Part shown: positions 18,781 to 28,000 of the stretch, in pieces
How the letters are laid out: every line of letters starts with the position of its first letter
How positions within the stretch are numbered: position 1 is the first letter of the stretch
Source of the DNA: an uncultured virus (IMG/VR IMGVR_UViG_3300007512_000010)
Taxonomy: Duplodnaviria; Heunggongvirae; Uroviricota; Caudoviricetes
Reading direction: 5' to 3' (one strand)
Virus record (IMG/VR): IMGVR_UViG_3300007512_000010
Coordinates: 62,001-118,970 of that record
DNA length: 56,970 nucleotides
Notes under the pieces: generated by a model
Told to the model about the DNA's origin: nothing
The model's input: the letters and a program-made list of their open reading frames with translations, nothing else
Database searches by the model: none
Program-made: the position numbers and the translations under genes

Positions 18781-19959
18781 TTAGAATACGTCGTTGTCGG
18801 AGACAGGCGTACTATCGTTGTCTTCCCTGTTGCGGGGAGTTTCGAAGTACTTGTCTAGTGCTCGCTGGGCACTCGCGTCAAACGGATTTCGTCGGCCCAT
18901 CGCCTTCGCTTGGTCATCAAGGTCCTGACGACCAAGAAAATAATCGAAGTCCATGGGTTCAGTCATCCAGCTAGGAACATCCAGTTCCTCGGATACGGAA
19001 AACTCGTCGATGTTTACAGCGGTCCTGTTGCCGACTGAAATGGCTGAGACGGTTACGTCACAGGCAGACCAGTCAAGCTGGGCAGGATTACCGCACCCCT
19101 CAACGTATTGCTTTCGGCTTCCGACGCCTTTAACGTGCACGCAGTCGATAAGCTGCTTAGCTTTAGCGTAGTGCTTGCACTCTTCGCACTCAACTTCCAT
19201 AGTCCGAAGCTGCTCTTCGGTGTCAACGTCGATAGCGTCTTCTCTATGGTTTGCGAACTCATTGTCACACTTAGCGCACGCATACGCATAAGTACTGATT
19301 TCGCCCTCACCGCAACTGGAACAGCTTTCACCGATTCCGTCTAGCTTTGACTCAAAGTCTCTCTTCTGAGAGTCCCACATTTCCCACCAAAGCTTGCGAC
19401 CGAATACGATGTCGTATTCCTCGTGAGCAGAAGATGGGTGGACAATCCGACCGTGACGGTCGGCAGCGGGAACCCGCTCGTAAGTGAAATACTCAAAACC
19501 ATTCTTTGAGGTATGGGGAATCTTATAGAAGTCCTCAAGAACGAGAACGGTCACAGCGAGCTTTTCATCTGCCCAATAGTTTTCGCTCTCTTCTTTCTCG
19601 CAGTAGTAGTAAAGAACACAGGGGACATCCCGTTCACCATTCCAAGCATTTGAAATGAGGTTTCGGTTTTGTCCTTCTGGGGTCTTAATCCACTTCGTAT
19701 AGAACTTATAGAAGGGCTTCTCTTCTGTAGTCGGGATGATGCGAATCCGCGTTGGGGTCTCGTCGGGCTTAAACTTACTGTCCCGGTGACGAAGCTTCCA
19801 CGCAGGGGGCATCTTCTTTTCTGCAAAAGAGTTGCTGGCGGGGGGTTTCCTACCCGCCGAGAACTTGCCCTTTTTACCGGCAAGCATTTTCTTTCTGAAG
19901 TCTCCTCGCTGTTGGTCGCGAAAGGATTTCCAGTTTACTGCTTCTTCTTCTTTAGCCAT
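18781..19959 (-). CDS. Putative single-stranded DNA-binding protein (gp32-like) with Zn-ribbon insertions
   Basis: FKPD...RIRIIP N-terminal motif, CxxC pairs (CSSC, CAKC, CEEC), acidic C-terminus ending in F (DNDVF); lies between primase and polymerase. Confidence 0.55.
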   Translation of the reverse strand: MAKEEEAVNWKSFRDQQRGDFRKKMLAGKKGKFSAGRKPPASNSFAEKKMPPAWKLRHRDSKFKPDETPTRIRIIPTTEEKPFYKFYTKWIKTPEGQNRNLISNAWNGERDVPCVLYYYCEKEESENYWADEKLAVTVLVLEDFYKIPHTSKNGFEYFTYERVPAADRHGRIVHPSSAHEEYDIVFGRKLWWEMWDSQKRDFESKLDGIGESCSSCGEGEISTYAYACAKCDNEFANHREDAIDVDTEEQLRTMEVECEECKHYAKAKQLIDCVHVKGVGSRKQYVEGCGNPAQLDWSACDVTVSAISVGNRTAVNIDEFSVSEELDVPSWMTEPMDFDYFLGRQDLDDQAKAMGRRNPFDASAQRALDKYFETPRNREDNDSTPVSDNDVF

Positions 19960-20938
19960 TTTGACTACTCCATTCATACGGCTTAAGCGCCGTTTCGATT
20001 GATAATTGTGTCTGTGTTTTTGTTAGATCGTCTGGTGATATAGGGTCGTTGGTTCCATAGTTGGCGACCCGCACCTCAATACCGCATAATTGTTTAATAA
20101 CTTGGTGCGTTGCTCTCCTCCCTGCTTCATCGTTGTCTAGAAAAATGACCACCTTGTTGGTGACTCTTTGGAGTAACGTCTTCTGTTCCCTGCTGAGAAA
20201 TGAACCCAACATGGCAACCGAATCGGTATACCCAGACTGAACACACCATAGGCAGGCTTTAAAGCCTTCACACAGTATAACCGGCATGTCAATACTTGTA
20301 TACATTCTCCTTGGATAAAACTTGTCTAGTCCGTACAGAATGCGGCCCTTCTTAAACTCATAGTTACGAGAAACTTCGTGGAACTCTGAGCGGTATATTT
20401 TGTATCTTGGCATCTCTCCACGGACGGTTCGTCCTGAGATGCCCACTAAATTTCCCTGATGATCCCTAAGAGCGAAGGTTATCCGCTTACGTCCTCGGTC
20501 GAAACCTATGTCGTACTCCCGAAGAAGTTTAGGGGAGAATCCCTCAGCTATGAGTGCTTTGGGCATGTACTCAAAGACTCCCAAGATGGCTTCGGGAAGA
20601 ATAGGCACCGAAAAGTCTAGGGTCCGAAACGGATCTACCTTTACTTTCGGTGCCTGCTCCTCAAGAACCTTTTTGAAGGTATCCACAATCTGTGGACCAA
20701 CCTTTAGGTCTTTAAGCAATCCCGTTAGGGTCCACCCCTTGTTGCATGTGTGGCAGAAAGCCATACCTACATGTCGGGATATGGACTGATTACCTATGTA
20801 AACATAAAGGGATGGACGGCTCTCTTTGCCCTCCTTATGGAAGGGGCAAAAAGCTGGGAGGTTATCACCAGGGGTATCGTGTTTATCAAACGTTATATAA
20901 TTCGATAATAAATCGACTACCTCTTCTTTTGAAAACAT
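19952..20938 (-). CDS. dnaG: DNA primase (CHC2 Zn finger + TOPRIM)
   Basis: CPFH...CHTC, LVGISGR, ILYG, ILCEGFKA, FLDNDEAG. Confidence 0.9.
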   Translation of the reverse strand: MFSKEEVVDLLSNYITFDKHDTPGDNLPAFCPFHKEGKESRPSLYVYIGNQSISRHVGMAFCHTCNKGWTLTGLLKDLKVGPQIVDTFKKVLEEQAPKVKVDPFRTLDFSVPILPEAILGVFEYMPKALIAEGFSPKLLREYDIGFDRGRKRITFALRDHQGNLVGISGRTVRGEMPRYKIYRSEFHEVSRNYEFKKGRILYGLDKFYPRRMYTSIDMPVILCEGFKACLWCVQSGYTDSVAMLGSFLSREQKTLLQRVTNKVVIFLDNDEAGRRATHQVIKQLCGIEVRVANYGTNDPISPDDLTKTQTQLSIETALKPYEWSSQNG

Positions 20939-20940
20939 CC

Positions 20941-22365
20941 TTACCCCGTTGCTGTATCCTCATCTATCTCGTCAGGTTCTTGTTGGTTTCGAGCCTGATC
21001 CATTAAAGGGCTGGTAACAGCGGGTTGGATCTCAAAGGCATCCTCAGGAACTTCTTCCTGATCGTGCATCCTTTCCTCTTCATCTTGTGTGTCCGTCAAC
21101 GAGTACAACGTATCGTGCGCGTACCCGAAGTTTTCCGAGGCAAGCGCATGAATCGTGAACCCAGGGTCTGTAGTCTCCCTAGCGGCAGCTAGGTGGATAC
21201 TTAGTTCCTGTTTTCGTGGATGGTAGACAAGACGAATACCTACGTCACAGTCCATTACGGCACCAGTATTCATAGCTAATGACGCTGTGCCCCTAGACTT
21301 TGAATATTTATATGCAGACCGCTCATTTTCTTGCAGAATTGAAAGAACCGGTATTCCGGTTGATTTTGCGATTTGCTTTAGCTGTCTATTGATTGAGGAC
21401 AAGACCTTCCAATCAAGAGCATTTGAATTCCCAGAACCGGGAAGTTCCAACATGTATGACGAATCAAGCAACACAAAGTGTGGCCTGTAGATTTCGATTT
21501 TACGCCGAACTTCGGCAGGCCCACCGGGTGACCCATCTGGTCTGTCGCAGTTAGTGAAGAATAGCTCTCCGGGGAAATCATCAGAAGCAAGCTGCTCTTG
21601 TGTCTCCAGTAGGTGAGATATCTCGGCACGAGAGAGCGACGCATTCTTAAGTCTGGTGTAGTTCACCTTACTCATAATGCTACTCACTCTTCGTCTAACG
21701 GCGGTCCACGTCATTTCCTTGCTATATACAAGTACTCGTCTTCCCGTGGACAAGACATGAGCAGCGACAACAAGACCGAACCACGTTTTCATGGACTTGG
21801 GCAACGCCCACACCATGATGTAGTCCCCTTCTTGAATACCGTTGGTTGCTCGGTTTAATCGTGCCCAGGGCCAAGGGATTCCGGTAATCCCATCAGCCTC
21901 TCTATGACGATTGAGTTCCTCTATAGTTTCCTCTAAGGCAACTTGGGTAAAGACCACATCATCTGATGTTTGGACCTTTTCTTGGAGTTGTCCTAGAGAG
22001 TCGTACAGATCGGTCATGGCCCCAATAGGGTTAGTGCCGGTCTGCTCCATAAAGGTATTGATGAGTTTTTCGGACTCTCTTTTTACGTGTTGGTGCTTAA
22101 CCTTTTCACAAAGGTCAACAAGGTTTTCTAGGGGCCTAGGTAGGTCCAGACCCGGAAATTGTTCAGTTAAAGATTCCTCACTAGGGATATGCCCGAAATT
22201 GTTTGGTCTTCGGTAATGCGCGTCTACTGCCGAAAACAGTGACTTAGCCTCCATGTTACCAAACGTACGGAACTGCAATCCTTCTTTAAGGATAGTCTCC
22301 CAAGCCGTTGAGGGGTCTTCTGCGCGAATCACAGAAGAGATTACTTGCAGTTCCCAATTAGCCAT
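20941..22365 (-). CDS. dnaB: DnaB-like (SF4) replicative helicase
   Basis: ITGIPWPWARLNRATNGIQEGD, Walker A variant ALPKSMKT, SKEM, VLLDSSY, LKQIAKSTGIPV..LQ.N; adjacent to primase. Confidence 0.85.
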   Translation of the reverse strand: MANWELQVISSVIRAEDPSTAWETILKEGLQFRTFGNMEAKSLFSAVDAHYRRPNNFGHIPSEESLTEQFPGLDLPRPLENLVDLCEKVKHQHVKRESEKLINTFMEQTGTNPIGAMTDLYDSLGQLQEKVQTSDDVVFTQVALEETIEELNRHREADGITGIPWPWARLNRATNGIQEGDYIMVWALPKSMKTWFGLVVAAHVLSTGRRVLVYSKEMTWTAVRRRVSSIMSKVNYTRLKNASLSRAEISHLLETQEQLASDDFPGELFFTNCDRPDGSPGGPAEVRRKIEIYRPHFVLLDSSYMLELPGSGNSNALDWKVLSSINRQLKQIAKSTGIPVLSILQENERSAYKYSKSRGTASLAMNTGAVMDCDVGIRLVYHPRKQELSIHLAAARETTDPGFTIHALASENFGYAHDTLYSLTDTQDEEERMHDQEEVPEDAFEIQPAVTSPLMDQARNQQEPDEIDEDTATG

Positions 22366-22667
22366 TAGAACTCCCTGTCTACTAAGCCTTTGATGGTTGT
22401 ACGTACTGCCTCTTCACTGGTGTCATCCTCACTACCGCCAACGCCCTTCAGAAATTCTGACTCAATCGCCTCAACAAGCTGTTGTGCTTTTGTCAGAACT
22501 TCTTCAGAGAACTCATTAGACGTCGCCATACCTGCGGCTTTTCCCTCCGTTAAGTACGCGATACTGGCCTCCACCGTAGGACGCACATTGGTCCCATGGT
22601 GGTGCCAGGACACCGTAACCTCAAAACACTTGAGGCCGTTTATTCGGTTGCTGTTAAATTCAATCAT
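22365..22667 (-). CDS. Hypothetical protein
   Basis: Probable start MIEFN; coupled to the helicase start. Confidence 0.55.
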   Translation of the reverse strand: MIEFNSNRINGLKCFEVTVSWHHHGTNVRPTVEASIAYLTEGKAAGMATSNEFSEEVLTKAQQLVEAIESEFLKGVGGSEDDTSEEAVRTTIKGLVDREF

Positions 22668-23094
22668 TGAATCGTTCCTCATACAACCGTGTTCTAATGT
22701 CTGTAACATGGCCCATCATGGCTTTACCGAGATGCTCACGAGAAGCCTCCCAAGCCAAGTCATATGCCATGTTGTGCGCAGCACGGATAGTGTCGGCGTT
22801 CTGGTCACACTGAAGCGTGACACTTGAGAAAACCTCAACGCTGTATGGGATCTTATCCCAGGTCCCTTCTGCGTAATGTACTGAGTCTGATACTTTTGTG
22901 GATACGCTGGCTGTAACAGCAGCGTATCCATCGTCTCGTTCAAATACTAAGTCTCGAACGGGGATTCGATCTTCAAGTCTTTCGGCCATTTCGTACTCCT
23001 TATCTTTTTTAGATGGTCCATCTTTCCACGTTTTTCGTATAAAGACGGAGAGGGTGCCGTAAGCACCCTCCCCGTCGTGCATGCGAGCACGCAT
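22660..23094 (-). CDS. Hypothetical protein
   Basis: Operon-packed ORF. Confidence 0.6.
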   Translation of the reverse strand: MRARMHDGEGAYGTLSVFIRKTWKDGPSKKDKEYEMAERLEDRIPVRDLVFERDDGYAAVTASVSTKVSDSVHYAEGTWDKIPYSVEVFSSVTLQCDQNADTIRAAHNMAYDLAWEASREHLGKAMMGHVTDIRTRLYEERFND

Positions 23095-23516
23095 TATGCG
23101 ACCTTAATAACGACTTCCTTCGGGGCCGAGACCCGTGGGGTGCCGTGCTTTTTGGTTCTAGCACCGTTAATCAAGTCGGCGTCGAAGGTACCTGCAACAA
23201 TACCTTGCTCGATTACACGGTTATCAACGGATTTAACGACGCCAGGGGTCTTCAGATATGAAGACGGAAGTTCATGGGGCTCGTAGGCCCAGGTTTCTGG
23301 TGCCCGTGAGCGGTCCATAATCCCGATAGACATGGGGTCCGTTCCGGGACGACTTCTAAATGCGTCAATCGCATTACTGCGAGAAACGTTGTACTCCTGT
23401 ACAAGTTGATGGAACTGGTCAAACACTTGCTCGTGGTCAGCCATAAATTCCAACAATTGATCTCTTTTGTTTGCGAAAGCTTTCTCAAGCTTCCGTACTT
23501 CTCGTTCACTAGCCAT
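23094..23516 (-). CDS. Hypothetical protein (N-terminal coiled coil)
   Basis: AGGAGG RBS; operon-packed. Confidence 0.6.
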   Translation of the reverse strand: MASEREVRKLEKAFANKRDQLLEFMADHEQVFDQFHQLVQEYNVSRSNAIDAFRSRPGTDPMSIGIMDRSRAPETWAYEPHELPSSYLKTPGVVKSVDNRVIEQGIVAGTFDADLINGARTKKHGTPRVSAPKEVVIKVA

Positions 23517-24177
23517 GTTGATTCCTCCTTAAGGATTTGATTCTGTGGGCTATATCTAAACCCACGCGTATGTTATCTAGTGTCTTATTCCATATACCCC
23601 CGACTTTTTGTGACGGGTTTCTATACAGTTGGTTGACAGATGGGAGTGCCATAGTAGGCACTGGGTATTTAATTAGGTCTCCCTGAATGAAGGCCTCTAC
23701 TACCCGCCCTTGTACTTCTTGAACCTTTACGTTTGGAACAAGCGCGTTCACTGAAGCGGAGCCGAAGGCAAATATAAGGCAAGGCTCAATTAGATGAATC
23801 TCTTGGTGGAGCCGTGTATTACATGCTTCTACTTCTGACTTTTTCGGTGCCGGAAGCATCTCTATTCGACGTGGTTGTGGCCTAAGCCCCCCTGTCGGGC
23901 AAGATACTACTGGGGTAACCCAAATAGCCGCTGGACTCATTCCGGCTCTCTTGAACAGAGTGTTCAGGAACCGGCCTTCACCGCTTGAGAGAATATCGCC
24001 TGTCACAGCGGCCCTTGGGCCGACGCGATCAATTACAGCTACAAGGTGGGTACTAGGACTGCCTTTTCCACAAAGAAGAACTTTGCGGTTTCTGTGGAGA
24101 CCACATGAGGTGCAAGAGCGTTGTTCGAACAGTAAGTTCTCAATCTTCTCTTCCGATGTCACTGTGTCTAAATCCAT
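23509..24177 (-). CDS. Uracil-DNA glycosylase family 4-like protein with degenerate catalytic motifs
   Basis: CTSCGLH..R..V..G.G, G..G..L..L...G, V.C.., P...E..AC..RL..EI..I.P..I..FG..A. The GE(A/G)PG and HP(S/A) motifs are replaced by DRVG and LPS. Confidence 0.75.
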   Translation of the reverse strand: MDLDTVTSEEKIENLLFEQRSCTSCGLHRNRKVLLCGKGSPSTHLVAVIDRVGPRAAVTGDILSSGEGRFLNTLFKRAGMSPAAIWVTPVVSCPTGGLRPQPRRIEMLPAPKKSEVEACNTRLHQEIHLIEPCLIFAFGSASVNALVPNVKVQEVQGRVVEAFIQGDLIKYPVPTMALPSVNQLYRNPSQKVGGIWNKTLDNIRVGLDIAHRIKSLRRNQHG

Positions 24178-25543
24178 TGGCTCTAATACTCTTCCTTAGG
24201 TGTTTACACATTGCCCTGGCTGGGCCAAAGTTATAGTCGTCTAAAACGATAACCACTGGGGGTTTCTTGTCTTTGTGGCGGCGTTCAATTCTCCCCTTCC
24301 CTTGTTGAAACGCCCCCCAAGCCTTAAATGGACTAGCAAAAATAAGCGTGTCCAGTGCTGCGACATCCAGCCCCTCACGGGCAACCCCAAAAGTGGCGAA
24401 AGTCACGTTGTTATCTTCAATTATTTTCGTTCGGAGGTCTCCGGGGGTATCCCCTGAAACCGCCCCTGCTGTATACCTTTCCTTACACGGGCTGTCCAGA
24501 AACTTCTCAACCATGATGGCTGGATGATCCTTACTGTGCGTGAGGACAAGGACTTTTCTTCCACTGTCCAACGCGGACTCGACCGTCTTTAAAAGGGCGA
24601 CGTTGCGGGCGTCGTGCTCCGCAAAGTATTTGTACATCTTCCCCGCCGAGAACTCTCCGGTGATGTCTTTAATCACCGAGGTGTCTTTTGGCATTGGGGT
24701 GGACACCTTCTTGAAGTATATCTCCGCCTCTATGTCACCAGCTAAATCACTATAGAAAATGCGCCCTACATGAGAGTAGTACACATCTTCTAAGCCATCT
24801 TCCCGGCAAGGTGTAGCGGTTAAGCCGAACCTATTACCGAAAAATAATGGGGCTGTCTGGCTAAAGGTTGTGGCCGAGAGGTGGTGTACTTCATCAAACA
24901 CAACAGTTCCAAAGCGGGTTCGGATATCCAAGGGGATAGAGTCTGCTCGTTTTGCGAGGGTGTGAATCATGGCGATGACAAGAGGTTTATCCCACTCAGC
25001 CTTTGGGCCTTGCACGATACCGATGTCATCTTCTGAGATGTCCAAAAACTCTAATGCACGCTCTTTCCATTGATCCATAAGGCCACTGTTGTTCACCACA
25101 ACGACGGCGGGATGTCCGCGCTGAGCAATCTTTTTTAGTGCTAGGACGGTTTTGCCTTTTCCGCAGGCTAGGTTCAAGACACCGTGATTTCTTTCAGAGA
25201 AGGCTTCCCAAGCAGCAAGCTGGTCAGCGTCTCTAGGTGTGATCTTGTCACCGAAGTCAAAAGATTCGTAGGAAAGAGAGACTTGTTCCCAAGACTCTAC
25301 CTTCTCTAACCAGACCTCTTTAGTGAAAAAGTGTCTAGCTATTACAACGTAATCCCCTACTTCTGCGGCTAGCGGTACTGAGGTTACATCCCCAGTCCGG
25401 TCGTTTACCACATTGATCGTGGCTGCTCGTATGAAGGCTTGCTTGTTGGTCAACCGCTCAGAGGGAACCCAAACGGAAGCAGAACAACAAACTAGACCTT
25501 CAAGCGACGCACCCTGGTCACTTTCTGGTAGGTAGGGTTTCAA
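24140..25543 (-). CDS. SF2 DExH helicase (ResIII/UvsW/XPB-like)
   Basis: LACGKGKT, FDEVHH, GLTATPCREDG, REGLDV, QGKGRIER; TTG start. Confidence 0.9.
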   Translation of the reverse strand: MKPYLPESDQGASLEGLVCCSASVWVPSERLTNKQAFIRAATINVVNDRTGDVTSVPLAAEVGDYVVIARHFFTKEVWLEKVESWEQVSLSYESFDFGDKITPRDADQLAAWEAFSERNHGVLNLACGKGKTVLALKKIAQRGHPAVVVVNNSGLMDQWKERALEFLDISEDDIGIVQGPKAEWDKPLVIAMIHTLAKRADSIPLDIRTRFGTVVFDEVHHLSATTFSQTAPLFFGNRFGLTATPCREDGLEDVYYSHVGRIFYSDLAGDIEAEIYFKKVSTPMPKDTSVIKDITGEFSAGKMYKYFAEHDARNVALLKTVESALDSGRKVLVLTHSKDHPAIMVEKFLDSPCKERYTAGAVSGDTPGDLRTKIIEDNNVTFATFGVAREGLDVAALDTLIFASPFKAWGAFQQGKGRIERRHKDKKPPVVIVLDDYNFGPARAMCKHLRKSIRANGFRHSDIGRED

Positions 25544-25544
25544 G

Positions 25545-25982
25545 TTACTTCTCCAATATCCGGGTTATTGCCCCCGAGATAAAATGTTCCATACTCTCCG
25601 TTCGTTCTGTTGGGAGGTGCTCAAAGAACAAGTCCACTATTCGGGCGGTCTTGTCTTCTGAGATGGAGTCCTTTTTAATATATTTCCGAAGTTCCGCGTT
25701 AGCGGCGGCACCAAAAGCTCGTTTAGCTGCGGGCTCTCTTTTACTTCGTTCTTCGTATAGAGCCGCTATCAGCCGTTTAGCCTCTTCGTCTTTACTGGGG
25801 TCAAGGTCGAGTGCCTTAAGAATCTTCTCCAAACTCTGGTTTGGCGGTAAAACTTTGCCCGTTTCGTACTGACGGTACGTCTCTCTATTTAATCCACACA
25901 ATTCTGCAAATTTACGAGAGGACAGTCTGCGGCTGGTTCGCATGGTTGACAAAACCGTGCCGAAACGAGATTTTGTTTTCAT
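25545..25982 (-). CDS. XRE-family helix-turn-helix regulator
   Basis: FG..L...R..RRLS...FAELCGL.RETYRQYETGKVLP....LEKILKAL. Confidence 0.85.
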   Translation of the reverse strand: MKTKSRFGTVLSTMRTSRRLSSRKFAELCGLNRETYRQYETGKVLPPNQSLEKILKALDLDPSKDEEAKRLIAALYEERSKREPAAKRAFGAAANAELRKYIKKDSISEDKTARIVDLFFEHLPTERTESMEHFISGAITRILEK

Positions 25983-25993
25983 AGAGTCCTCTG

Positions 25994-26266
25994 CTAGTTG
26001 TCTTGATCGCTATCATGATATATGACAGAATCTTCTTTGTCACAAGCAGATACTTCGTCAAAGTCGATATCTATGATGGTTCCACCGGTTTCAAGCGCAG
26101 TCCCTGTGGTATCTTGAGAGGGTGGTTTGCGGAGACTGCGGGAGATCCTATTGAATAAGTCCATCAAACCAGTTACTAAAATTTCAGGAACTTCTCTGGG
26201 TTCATCTGTTGTTATAGAATCAGTTGGCACTTCTACATTAATGGTATACGGTTTATCATTTGACAT
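25994..26266 (-). CDS. Small acidic hypothetical protein, first gene of the replication operon
   Basis: Start revised to ATG 26266 (GGAGG RBS), downstream of the motif at 26315. Confidence 0.6.
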   Translation of the reverse strand: MSNDKPYTINVEVPTDSITTDEPREVPEILVTGLMDLFNRISRSLRKPPSQDTTGTALETGGTIIDIDFDEVSACDKEDSVIYHDSDQDN

Positions 26267-26314
26267 GATCACTAACCTCCGAGTTAGGGTGTAGGTAAGG
26301 TAGCTAACAAAGTG

Positions 26315-26327
26315 CTTATACCAAAAA
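26315..26327 (-). promoter_or_regulatory. Putative phage promoter element, copy 2 (TTTTTGGTATAAG)
   Basis: Heads the 18-kb minus-strand operon; matches the 13-mers at 6666 and 30391. Confidence 0.65.
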
Positions 26328-26352
26328 GGGCTCAACCATTGTGGAGATAGAA

Positions 26353-27348
26353 ATGCCAAGCTTTTCAAATGTTTACGACCAGTATGACGATGAAGGACGC
26401 TTCCTTCGAAGGGAGCTTTCTGACAAGGGCGTTCCTGCAATTATTAAAGTTGCCGCAAACTTGTCGGAAGCAACGATTAAGCATGCTGAAGATTACGCTC
26501 TAGTTGCTGAAACTGAGCATGGTACGGAATACCGTTATCCTGTGTGTGACGCTGGGAACACCGTTGCATCAGCGATTTACTTCGCTGAGTACGGGGATTC
26601 TCTGCCTGGAGACCTCCGCAAGGAAGCTGCGAAGAAGCTGAATGAGGCCCTAGTCTCTTTTGGCTTTACGCCCCCTGAAGAACTCACTAAGACTGCCGCA
26701 ATTGAGGTTGGTTACAGTGGTGAGGGCGAGGATATGTCTCTTGAGACCCTGTTTGGGTTTACCGGCTCAGACGAGGACAACATGGAGTTGGTTGAGGATG
26801 CATTCAGCGGCCTCTCCCCAAGAGGAAAACGTCGCTTGGCTCTTCAGGTTAAAGAGGCAGGCGCAGAGTTCTCCGAAAAGCTGGCTAATTATGCTGCCGA
26901 TGATATCGGAAGTGACTTCAATCTTGCTCTCGATACAAGAAGACTCGTTCTTATGGAGGCCGACGCCATCATCGAATTAGAAGAGCTTCAGAAAAAGGCG
27001 TCCGCTGGGTTTGTTGGGGAGCCTTTGGCCGAAGCCCTCACAGAGTTTGATGAGAAGTACAAGATTACCCACCATTATAACAACGTAATATTGGATCCGT
27101 ACGCATCCGTATTTGGCTCTACTATTGAGAAGGCCGCAAACGTAGAGCGCCCGGTAGAGATTGGTGGAAACGAATATACATCCGACAGGATCGCTTCTTG
27201 GGTTACAGGTGGCGGAGCCTCACAACTAGAAGATGCTTTTGGTGAGGACTTCAAGGAGCAATTCCAGGCTGACCCAGCCACGGTGTTGTCCAGCCTACCG
27301 ACTACCCACAAGCAAGCAATCGCTCGGATGATTGATGAAGCCCATTAA
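26353..27348 (+). CDS. Acidic putative head/virion protein with multiple K-x-A motifs
   Basis: GGAG RBS; IKVAA, TKTAA, VKEAG, QKKAS, EKAAN; lies two genes upstream of the portal. Confidence 0.6.
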   Translation: MPSFSNVYDQYDDEGRFLRRELSDKGVPAIIKVAANLSEATIKHAEDYALVAETEHGTEYRYPVCDAGNTVASAIYFAEYGDSLPGDLRKEAAKKLNEALVSFGFTPPEELTKTAAIEVGYSGEGEDMSLETLFGFTGSDEDNMELVEDAFSGLSPRGKRRLALQVKEAGAEFSEKLANYAADDIGSDFNLALDTRRLVLMEADAIIELEELQKKASAGFVGEPLAEALTEFDEKYKITHHYNNVILDPYASVFGSTIEKAANVERPVEIGGNEYTSDRIASWVTGGGASQLEDAFGEDFKEQFQADPATVLSSLPTTHKQAIARMIDEAH

Positions 27349-27991
27349 GGCTAATAGTGGTTTGGGCTCCCCCAAACACGCGTTCACGAATAAGTCTGCG
27401 CACCCACTTGTACTGAACCTTCTCTTGGTTAAGGAGTTTGGTCCTGAGTACCTTGGTTGGGAACCGGAAACTTGTTGGCTTGAGATTTCCCGTACATGGG
27501 GAACAACCGTTTCTGAAGTAAACAGAAATAAAATCCAGGCTATCCGGACTTGCCACACAACGGACCAGCCCTACGAGCGTTGGGAAGTATTCGATCTTGT
27601 TTGCTCTGGGCTTTTAGGGACACCACCCAAGTTCGACTTGATACAGAAGCCCTCTCCACACAGAGCGGCCTTTGCATTAGATGTGCTAAGCCAAGTAAAA
27701 GAGGGCACAAAGATTTCGGATGAGGTGTACAAGTACACCGCCGCGTGCATGATGGATTACGGCTTGGCCTACGGGCCGGGTCCGCTGGGTCCGTGCAACG
27801 AACACCTACTTAAGTTTGTTTCTCGGGAGCAGCAGTTGCGAGTAAAGGCGGCTTTGGACCGGAAATATGTCCCCACGTTTGATGGTGTGAACGAGGATGA
27901 CGTACAAATTATGAAGTGCATTACTGTGCAAGACTTCTTGGAGAGTTCTTCCAGAATGCTTCTTATTCAGTTAAAACGGCTTCTTCCGTAG
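27335..27991 (+). CDS. Hypothetical protein in the head module
   Basis: Long ORF coupled between the 26353 gene and the portal; WEPET motif. Confidence 0.65.
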   Translation: MKPIKANSGLGSPKHAFTNKSAHPLVLNLLLVKEFGPEYLGWEPETCWLEISRTWGTTVSEVNRNKIQAIRTCHTTDQPYERWEVFDLVCSGLLGTPPKFDLIQKPSPHRAAFALDVLSQVKEGTKISDEVYKYTAACMMDYGLAYGPGPLGPCNEHLLKFVSREQQLRVKAALDRKYVPTFDGVNEDDVQIMKCITVQDFLESSSRMLLIQLKRLLP

Positions 27992-28000
27992 GGGATTATT

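Noticed and set aside
25545..25982. Lysogeny module (CI-like repressor)
   Set aside because: There is no integrase, no divergent cro and no peptidase domain in the window. An XRE gene alone does not show a temperate lifestyle.
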